From Candidatus Taylorbacteria bacterium RIFCSPHIGHO2_01_FULL_46_22b (GTDB lineage: Bacteria; Patescibacteriota; Minisyncoccia; Phycocordibacterales; DSPV01), in contig MHRF01000004.1 of NCBI GenBank assembly GCA_001820875.1, positions 17,434 through 81,433 on the forward strand: a DNA stretch of 64,000 nucleotides. Reading direction: 5' to 3'. This document shows, one piece after another, positions 19,786-26,845 of this stretch; position 1 is the stretch's first letter; every line of letters starts with the position of its first letter. The notes under the pieces were generated by a model, which was given only the letters and a program-made list of their open reading frames with translations, was not told the origin of the DNA and did not search any database. The translations under genes were made by a program, and so were the position numbers.

Positions 19786-21027
19786 TTATGCAATGAAGGT
19801 AAGTGCCTTACCCCGCTTGTTTCCGCGACCAGTTCTTCCGATGCGGTGCACGTAGTCATCATAGGTTGCCGGCAAATCATAATTAATCACGTGGCTGACA
19901 TCCGCAATATCAAGACCGCGCGCAGCAACGTCAGTCGCCACCAAAATCTGAATATGACTCTCTTTAAAAAGACCGAGTGCCTGTTGTCTTTTTGAATGAG
20001 TCTTGTTCCCGTGGATTGATTCAGATTTAAAACCACGTTTCAAAAGCTCTTTGGAAAGCTTCTCGGCTCCATGTTTGGTTCGAGCAAACACAAGCACTTT
20101 GCTGAAATCTTTTTGGTTGAGCAAATCATGCAACGCGTCTATTTTTCCTGCTTCCCCCTTCACACGCACAACATCCTGATCGATATTTTTTGCCGTCTCG
20201 CCAGTCTTCACTGAAACGCGTACGGGTTCTTTACAAAATTCTTTGATCAGTCTTTCAATGTCAGACGAAACAGTCGCAGAAAAAAACAGTGTATGACGTT
20301 CTTTAGGCATCAACGAGACCACGAAACGCATGTCATTTACAAATCCCATATCAAGCATTCGATCTGATTCATCAAGTACAATCGTCTTGAATCGAGAAAG
20401 CTGGATTTTATTTCTATTCACCAAATCCTTGATGCGGCCAGGGGTACCAATAATAAAATTGTACTGGCGGCGGAGTTCGGACAATTGCTTGCCGATACTC
20501 ACCCCTCCAACGCAACACACTGAATATATTTGCATGCCTTTTGAGAATCCTTTGAGTTCTTGATCAATTTGCAATGCCAATTCTCGGGTCGGCACAACCA
20601 CCAAAACATTTTCTGTTTTATTAGAGAGAACTTTATTGATGAGCGGTATAAGAAATGCTCCGGTCTTCCCTGTCCCCGTATTTGCAATACCCACTACATC
20701 AGAACCTTTGAGGATATAGGGAATTGTCCGATCCTGAATTGGAGTTGGAACTGTGTACCCTTTTGCGATAATCGCTTGCTTGAGTCTTTCATCAATCTGA
20801 AAATCCTTAAACTCATGTTCAGGGATAAAATGTTCGATCGTTTCGGTAATTACCGCCTTATGCACAAATCGTGAAGGATCGAGATGCTCGCCTCGAAAAC
20901 CGCCGCGCGATCCGCCGCCCCGCTGATTTCTATTATTTCCGAAACGCGAAGCAGCCCGTCCTCGGAATTGGGAAGGTCTGCGAGAGGGTCCAGACGGACC
21001 CCGATAACTTTGATTTCTTGTATACAT
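19786..21027 (-). CDS. DEAD-box RNA helicase (DESD variant) with RG-rich N-terminus
   Basis: Q motif, TGTGKT, PTRELA, LDESDRMLDMGF, SAT and HRIGRTGR motifs; start 21027 or 21057. Confidence 0.95.
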   Translation of the reverse strand: MYTRNQSYRGPSGPSRRPSQFRGRAASRFGNNRNQRGGGSRGGFRGEHLDPSRFVHKAVITETIEHFIPEHEFKDFQIDERLKQAIIAKGYTVPTPIQDRTIPYILKGSDVVGIANTGTGKTGAFLIPLINKVLSNKTENVLVVVPTRELALQIDQELKGFSKGMQIYSVCCVGGVSIGKQLSELRRQYNFIIGTPGRIKDLVNRNKIQLSRFKTIVLDESDRMLDMGFVNDMRFVVSLMPKERHTLFFSATVSSDIERLIKEFCKEPVRVSVKTGETAKNIDQDVVRVKGEAGKIDALHDLLNQKDFSKVLVFARTKHGAEKLSKELLKRGFKSESIHGNKTHSKRQQALGLFKESHIQILVATDVAARGLDIADVSHVINYDLPATYDDYVHRIGRTGRGNKRGKALTFIA

Positions 21028-21171
21028 ACGTGGCTTATCTATGGGTTTCCCCAACAACTCCCGAGATTAGAGTAAAAATTTACGGGTCTCGCGAGTTTTT
21101 AGATTAAGCCCAAAATTTGAGCGTTTCTAGGAGAATTCCTGAAACAAAACCAGTGAGAGTGTTATGAATAC

Positions 21172-21200
21172 ATAATATAGAATAACCTTCAATTTGTCAA
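21172..21200 (-). promoter_or_regulatory. Sigma70-type promoter of the helicase gene
   Basis: TTGACA-17 nt-TATTAT on the minus strand. Confidence 0.75.
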
Positions 21201-21243
21201 GCTTTGACGCTTTTAATCTAGGTTCAACTTTCATAAAATCAGT

Positions 21244-21270
21244 AGCCGGTTTACCTTTGGTAAACCGGCT
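21244..21270 (-). terminator. Terminal hairpin of the array transcript
   Basis: Perfect 12-bp stem agccggtttacc-ttt-ggtaaaccggct; T-rich stretch shortly after it on the minus strand. Confidence 0.55.
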
Positions 21271-22158
21271 GAAGGGTGTAGTCTTTCTTTCATGTTTAAG
21301 CGCGATTTTCTCCCTCCTCACAAATCACTTAATCCATGACCTGTGAGGAAGGTCCGTCCCGCAAGACACTTTCGTGCTGCGGGACGGAGTCGGGTGAGTA
21401 TAGCAATCATCTCGATTTTATGTGCGTTTTCTTTCACCCTTTACCCCCAAAGGTCTTGCCGAAGCAAAAACTTGGAGGAAAAGTCTTGCGAGGGGGTGTA
21501 AGTCAAACTTCAGATGAAGCAGGTTGGTCTCCTCCCTCGCATCCCCCGTCGAACGACTGGGGAAAATTGATGTGCGGTGGTGTAAATCCTTATTCAGGTG
21601 TAAACCCAGTCATCTCCACCGCACACTCTTCCACCTCGCGGCAGAAGAAATTTACAAAGAACTACGGAGCAAGTATATCGAGGTCGTCTTTTTATCCATT
21701 TTTTCTCTCGCTCCGTCCCCCATTCGCTTTTCAGCGTGGGGAAATTGGTCGGGGTGGGTGTAGAGTTTGCCTCAAGATAAACAAGCTTCTCTCCCACCCC
21801 GTTCTCGCTCGCGTGAGCGAACAAGAAAATTTTTGTGTTTGACAGTGTATCTACCTAGTCGGTTTGAAGAAGTACTTCTCTGCCGAACACATATCCTCCA
21901 GCTCGCGCTGACGGAAAATTCTCGGATGCAGTGGTGTACGAGACTGCTCAAGTGTAGGCTTGATTTCTCCACTACATCCGAACCCCGTGTAAGGGGGAAA
22001 ATCAAGCACGCGGCGTAGTCGTAGATTCAAGTTGAACCCTTTTTTTCTCCGCGCGCTTTACCCTCCGTCTTTCAACGGAGGAAATTGTTCCCGTCCGCTT
22101 GCGCAAACGGGCGGTGGTTTATTCATCAACTCAGACTTTACGTTTTCATTCTCCACCG
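21271..22158 (-). ncRNA. Array of 10 stem-loop units with two 9-nt variable segments each (TIGR-like guide-RNA array)
   Basis: Units at 21271-21317, 21392-21439, 21487-21541, 21571-21625, 21664-21716, 21750-21801, 21834-21891, 21922-21981, 22004-22058 and 22112-22158. Minus-strand consensus stem-AGA-N9-T(N4-6)-HGA-N9-TAHR-stem; linker hairpins carry GNRA/UUCG loops on the minus strand. Confidence 0.8.
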
Positions 22159-22165
22159 ACAGAAA

Positions 22166-22194
22166 ACCATAACATATTTACATGCATCACGCAA
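22166..22194 (-). promoter_or_regulatory. Putative promoter of the array
   Basis: TTGCGT-17 nt-TATGGT with extended -10 TG, ending 7 nt before the first unit. Confidence 0.6.
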
Positions 22195-22237
22195 ATCTTT
22201 CAGTTTCCTGAAAGTTGAACTCGAGGGTTAAAACGCA

Positions 22238-22939
22238 CTACTTAATCAGCGTCTCAATGGTGCTTGATGCACGTAGCAAATTAACGTAATTGGAAATAAG
22301 GAGTTGCTGTTTCTGCTGGATAATCTGATTCTCAACTTGTGTACGCACTTCTGAAAGCGGTGGGACATTTGAGCTCTCTAAAGCAGCTTGATCGTAGAAC
22401 GATCTGATTTCTGCATCTGTTGCTTTTGCGGAAGTCAGGTCAACATGCTTAGAGAGATATTGCTGGACGATATTGTTGCGCACCAACGCATCCTTGAAAG
22501 TCTTTTGAGAAAAACCTTGATCCTTCAAGGCCTTCTCAAAAGCCGCTGTATCGCCAAACTGCGTCTTGTTTTGAGAAAACAATGCATCAATCTCCTCATT
22601 GTTCTGTTTGATACCTTCCTTGCGAGCAGCTTGCAAAATCAATGTCTCGGAAATCAGGGTATCAACAACTTGCTGCTTGATTGCAGTCTGCATTTCAGTT
22701 GTAGTCGCTGATCTTCCTTGCGAGACAATGCTTGCTGCCAGTTGCGCATAACGAAGATCATACTCCCCTTGCGTAATCTTCTCACTGTTAACAATCGCCA
22801 CCGCCCCGTCAGCTTGCTTCATGAAGTAAAAACCTAAAAGAGCTATCACCACAATAATGAGTATGATGACTACAAACCGAATTCCGCCGGAACGCCTTTT
22901 CACTGCTACCTGCTCCCCTCCTGTTGTTTCTTCAGACAT
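22238..22939 (-). CDS. SurA/PrsA N-terminal-domain chaperone
   Basis: TM anchor, VAIVNSEKIT, LISETLILQAA and LRASSTIE motifs; no PPIase domain. Confidence 0.85.
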   Translation of the reverse strand: MSEETTGGEQVAVKRRSGGIRFVVIILIIVVIALLGFYFMKQADGAVAIVNSEKITQGEYDLRYAQLAASIVSQGRSATTTEMQTAIKQQVVDTLISETLILQAARKEGIKQNNEEIDALFSQNKTQFGDTAAFEKALKDQGFSQKTFKDALVRNNIVQQYLSKHVDLTSAKATDAEIRSFYDQAALESSNVPPLSEVRTQVENQIIQQKQQLLISNYVNLLRASSTIETLIK

Positions 22940-23014
22940 ATGCTTGTGTTAAATTACTAATTAAATATTGTCGAACTATTTTAGCACACATACTCTGTAA
23001 AAGAATAGTACGAC

Positions 23015-23050
23015 ATACAGGGAGCGATTCGTGAGAATCGCTCCCTGTAT
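23015..23050. terminator. Terminator-like hairpin after the aquaporin gene
   Basis: Perfect 16-bp stem atacagggagcgattc/gaatcgctccctgtat. Confidence 0.6.
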
Positions 23051-23070
23051 TAAATCACATAGATCCTTTT

Positions 23071-23658
23071 TTACACCTGCAAATATTTGTAGAGATTCAT
23101 CCCAACAATCGAACCGACAATCGGGCCAATAATGTACATGGAGCCGAATGATCCGATACCCAGCGCAACTGCTGGATTCAATACACCGTTTGACCCAAAA
23201 AACACGGCAAGTGTAATACCTGCAAGAAGCGAGCCGCCGATTACCACTCCAGACGCAGCTTTCTCAACTTTTCCATAGATAACGGAAGCAATGCCAAACG
23301 TAAACAACGCAGTTCCAATCCCCTCTGCGATCAACACGCGCAAACTATCAGAAACGGCAAGTGCAGGTATCGGATTAAGTCCTTTAGTGGCAACAAGAAG
23401 CGCGATACCTGCACCGATAAACTGCGCGATGAGATAGTAAAGTGCTTCAAGTGGTTTAATCTTGCCGATAGACCACGCACCGATTGTTACTGCAGGATTA
23501 ATGTGTGTGCCAGAGATGTGTCCGATTGAATACACAAACAATCCGAGAATCAAACCTGCCAAAACTGGTGTCGGGACTGGAAATGTCCCGTTAAGCGAAA
23601 GTACGACCGTAAGTGCAAGTGCACCGGTGCCAATCGCTTCTGCAATATACTTTTTCAT
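23071..23658 (-). CDS. Aquaporin/MIP family channel
   Basis: SGTHINPAVT and LNPAV (two NPA motifs); start set at ATG 23658. Confidence 0.92.
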   Translation of the reverse strand: MKKYIAEAIGTGALALTVVLSLNGTFPVPTPVLAGLILGLFVYSIGHISGTHINPAVTIGAWSIGKIKPLEALYYLIAQFIGAGIALLVATKGLNPIPALAVSDSLRVLIAEGIGTALFTFGIASVIYGKVEKAASGVVIGGSLLAGITLAVFFGSNGVLNPAVALGIGSFGSMYIIGPIVGSIVGMNLYKYLQV

Positions 23659-23772
23659 AATAAATAGGAAAACGAATAATGACCGACCTGTAAAGTCTAT
23701 CGCCTCTATCTCTGACGAGCAACTACAAAAGCCCTTTGTAGAGGGCATTTGTAGACTCATCACTACTAGTTA

Positions 23773-24027
23773 TTAAGGTGTATTTACTGTCCCACTCGTG
23801 TCCGGAGGAAGTGTCACGTTTATAGTGGTATCTCCTGTTGGTGCGGGTGTAGGAGTTTCAGGCGCTGTAACGTTTCCATACTGCATCCACACATACACGC
23901 CTACAGCTACAACCACCACCAATATAATAACGGATACTACCCATCCAGATCCCGAATCTGTGTGTTCTATGGTCGTTGTCTTTTCGACTGTATTGGTTGG
24001 AGTCGGGTTGTTTATAACGGTTGACAT
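23773..24027 (-). CDS. Small single-TM hypothetical protein
   Basis: 84 aa, one TM, Thr/Pro-rich tails. Confidence 0.65.
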   Translation of the reverse strand: MSTVINNPTPTNTVEKTTTIEHTDSGSGWVVSVIILVVVVAVGVYVWMQYGNVTAPETPTPAPTGDTTINVTLPPDTSGTVNTP

Positions 24028-24182
24028 ATATTCTTCTTTTAAATATTACTAATTGCCTACTCAAGCCGGAGTGCAAGCCTTTTTATTACACATTATGCGT
24101 TCTGTAATCCTTCTTATCTTTTCACGGCTTCAAACTAAGCAGGTCGAAACAATATATTAGTGAAATTAAAATTCATATAAAA

Positions 24183-24314
24183 ATGACCGATCTAAAAACA
24201 AAAGAGATGACTGCAGAAGAAAAAAAGCAATTGGAACAAAAGGCTTCTGGTGCGCATAAAGCGCCTCCAGAGGAACCTAAAGCTGAAGAGAAAGTAGCTT
24301 CTCAAGCTAAATAA
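24183..24314 (+). CDS. Small charged protein (43 aa; not in the ORF track)
   Basis: MTDLKTKEMTAEEKKQLEQKASGAHKAPPEEPKAEEKVASQAK*; protein-like composition. Confidence 0.45.
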   Translation: MTDLKTKEMTAEEKKQLEQKASGAHKAPPEEPKAEEKVASQAK

Positions 24315-24458
24315 ATTAGCAAAAAAATAATCTATATCCAAAAACTAGACTGCCCTTCGCGGGCAGTTTTAGTTTTACGATATGCCTCAAATAAAATTTA
24401 TTAAAAAGAGCCCCGCCGCAACGTGGAGACGGGTCTCGTTGTTGCGGCGGGCAAATGG

Positions 24459-24914
24459 TTATTGAACGACAACAGTGGTGCCGGTGACAGTTGCTTTCCC
24501 TCGCGCCACACTCCAGCCAGCGCCATTGATTTCGGAAGGATCGTGGATGTGGACTTCCGCTGTTGCAAAAAGAGTTCCAGAACTTTTTTTGTAACTGATC
24601 CACATGGGTTTTTCCGGATGAACATCGGCAAAGATTGTCACCCCTCCTTGCATGAACAGATCGTGGAAAACAATCTTGCGATCCCGTCCCAAACTCATCG
24701 CGCTGTAGTGAAAGGGCGGCTCGTGTAGAAAGATCCGCACCACGTTGGTAATGAGAATTTCCGGACGAGTGTCATTGGTGTTAACACCCTTCGACACCTG
24801 CTCGGAAACCAGCGTTGCATTTTCCGGTAACGGCTCTTCCTCGCAAGAGGTCGTAACAAGCAGGAGACAAACACAGGCCACACCACAGAGAACGACTCTC
24901 AAGTTCTTCATCAT
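24459..24914 (-). CDS. Hypothetical lipoprotein
   Basis: Signal peptide ending in TTSC; AGGAG upstream. Confidence 0.65.
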   Translation of the reverse strand: MMKNLRVVLCGVACVCLLLVTTSCEEEPLPENATLVSEQVSKGVNTNDTRPEILITNVVRIFLHEPPFHYSAMSLGRDRKIVFHDLFMQGGVTIFADVHPEKPMWISYKKSSGTLFATAEVHIHDPSEINGAGWSVARGKATVTGTTVVVQ

Positions 24915-25068
24915 GTTCAGAAAGGAGTTGGTTGTTAGTGGACATCAATTAGGAAAATCCTAGTCCAAAACAACGTTAGCATAAAATTGCAGTTATGTCA
25001 ATCTTTGTAAAAAACTCCTAAAGAAAGACGCCGCCTTGCAAGCAAGGCGGCGTCGTGCAAACAACTTT

Positions 25069-25932
25069 TCAAAGGAGGAAAGTCTTCCCCTTCAACATCA
25101 GCATGTTCAGTGCATTCATATCGGCAAGGTGTCCCGAACATTGAGAGAAAAGAGAGAGCGAGGGAAATCCTCCCTTAACTGGAGAAGGAAGGAGCGCAAC
25201 CGCACCGAGTATATCATCTACCCGATGCCTGATTATCATTCGAAGAGCGTGTTCTGGATCTGCTCTCCGCGCCCAAAACATCTTTCCTGCATGATGCCAC
25301 AGGAGCCTCGCGGGAGTTTCAATCCACGCAGGCCGCCCAAGTGCAGGCGCGGAGAGAACTTGCCTCAATCGATCTTCATTCGGGAATTCAAACCGTTCAG
25401 TGCGTTCCCCTATCTCCTTGAATTTGACGGTCACGCAGATTTTGAGACTGCGCTCTGGATTGGGTTCAATCAAGGTAAACGCTTCGATCCCTCCGCGTGG
25501 TTTGGGATACTGCCAGCCAACGGCGCCATCGACAGTAAACCATGGAACATCTCTCTCCACTTCTCTGCTCGATGCAAACAATGTCTCAAGAAGTGCGCCT
25601 GTGCAAGGAATGTACGGCGGCGTCTGTCCAGAGTTATTCACTAAGTACAACCCCGGAAACAAAAACCGAAGCGCGCTGTAATGCTCGACAGCACTAATGT
25701 TGACACCGTCAATCCGTGAGACTATGCGTCCAACTCGTGCGACAAATCGCCAGTTTCTGGTCACAGCCGAATTCAAATCAATTTGGCTCGGCCGACCGTT
25801 CCCAAAGTGTGCGTAGAGCGGATCCCACCCATCAATACGTGCAGGCGGGATAAACGTTACCGTTGTTTTCTTGAACCCGCTCGTTGTCCTTCCTGAAAAC
25901 GAGACGGGTTTAGTCAGTGTGAAGAACTTCAT
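25069..25932 (-). CDS. Divergent LpxC-like zinc deacetylase
   Basis: TL..PV.FSG...SG N-terminus, VEH, HRVDD (compare HKxLD) and SGH motifs in LpxC order. Confidence 0.6.
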   Translation of the reverse strand: MKFFTLTKPVSFSGRTTSGFKKTTVTFIPPARIDGWDPLYAHFGNGRPSQIDLNSAVTRNWRFVARVGRIVSRIDGVNISAVEHYSALRFLFPGLYLVNNSGQTPPYIPCTGALLETLFASSREVERDVPWFTVDGAVGWQYPKPRGGIEAFTLIEPNPERSLKICVTVKFKEIGERTERFEFPNEDRLRQVLSAPALGRPAWIETPARLLWHHAGKMFWARRADPEHALRMIIRHRVDDILGAVALLPSPVKGGFPSLSLFSQCSGHLADMNALNMLMLKGKTFLL

Positions 25933-26014
25933 CTGCTCCTTTCGGATTTGGGGTTAGTAGTTGGTTTCTAAATGAAATTAACACACCGACCCAAAAAGTC
26001 AAAAGGATCAGGAG

Positions 26015-26830
26015 TTAGAGCGAGTCGATCGTATAGTCTTTAAATTCAACATCCATAAAATCAGTCCGAATGCCGCCTGAACCAGCTTTAGAAATGACCT
26101 CCCCGCCATAGACCTGCCCGTTGTCTTCCACTTCTGCAACTAACACCCACACTCCAGAATTTTCCTGATCCGTATACAATTTGATACTAACCACGCCATT
26201 TGCCATTGTTTGTATCTCGCTTCTCAACCCCATCCACACATTTTTTGGCAAAAGATTCGGGTTACGCAATCGATCATACGCTAATTCATCACTAAAAGGA
26301 GTTTCTATCATCGTGTAGTACGTTCCGTTTGTTTTCTTTTTTATCACCACCGCACCGTCAACACGCACACCGGTATAATACAAATTCTGACTATCTTGGT
26401 AACGATTGAAGAGAAAAACCCCGTTTGAAGCATTCCTATTGGTACTAGAACTTAAATTATCCTTGATAATCCGGAAATACACTTCTTGTTGGCTATCTTG
26501 TAGCTTCTCTCGAGTTACCAATCTAAAAATATTCTGCGGATGATACCCTGTATCGGTATCAGTCGGATTATTTTTTGCGTAGAGTAAACGCCAATGTGAA
26601 CTGGTGGCAATCTCACCCTGTAGGGTCTGTATCAAATCACCATCAAGATAAACCGATCCACCGGAACTTAACCACCATAAGTCATTCTTGCTGCTGTTAG
26701 GAAGATCCGTTTCTTGAAGAATTTTATCGTCTATCTGCTGTGGTGTAGAAAAAAAATTTGAGGTTGCAAATAGCAAGACGCCTACTGCAACTAAAATAAT
26801 ACTGACTATAGAAATAATCTTCCTCTTCAT
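26015..26830 (-). CDS. Secreted beta-sandwich (ConA/lectin-like) hypothetical protein
   Basis: N-terminal TM, beta-rich, GSGGIRTD end; resembles the C-terminal domains of the upstream gene. Confidence 0.6.
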   Translation of the reverse strand: MKRKIISIVSIILVAVGVLLFATSNFFSTPQQIDDKILQETDLPNSSKNDLWWLSSGGSVYLDGDLIQTLQGEIATSSHWRLLYAKNNPTDTDTGYHPQNIFRLVTREKLQDSQQEVYFRIIKDNLSSSTNRNASNGVFLFNRYQDSQNLYYTGVRVDGAVVIKKKTNGTYYTMIETPFSDELAYDRLRNPNLLPKNVWMGLRSEIQTMANGVVSIKLYTDQENSGVWVLVAEVEDNGQVYGGEVISKAGSGGIRTDFMDVEFKDYTIDSL

Positions 26831-26845
26831 CTGATAAGCATATGA

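Larger units (their letters stand above)
21222..22220. repeat. 12-bp inverted repeats bounding the stem-loop array cassette
   Basis: gttcaactttca (21222-21233) / tgaaagttgaac (22209-22220), with imperfect outward extension (ttttaa/ttaaaa). Confidence 0.75.

Noticed and set aside
21850-21947. Some spacers resemble 16S rRNA segments (tctacctag, cgagactgc)
   Set aside because: 9-mer matches are expected by chance and no rRNA is in the window to test; left to the target search.
21922-22007. Interleaved pairing gcttgattt/aaatcaagc suggesting a pseudoknot or switch
   Set aside because: It involves one spacer and is not repeated in other units, apart from a weaker case near 21555-21611; likely chance.
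21127-22018. ORFs over the array (21127-21321, 21336-21842, 21524-21763, 21594-21824, 21767-22018, 21772-22005)
   Set aside because: Overlapping frames on both strands with non-protein-like composition; the periodic RNA structure explains the region.
21271-22158. CRISPR array
   Set aside because: There is no constant direct repeat. Only 3-4-nt boxes are conserved, the variable segments are 9 nt, and no cas genes are present.
21271-22158. Integron attC array
   Set aside because: No RYYYAAC/GTTRRRY ends, no gene cassettes between units and no IntI; the tetraloops show RNA strand bias.
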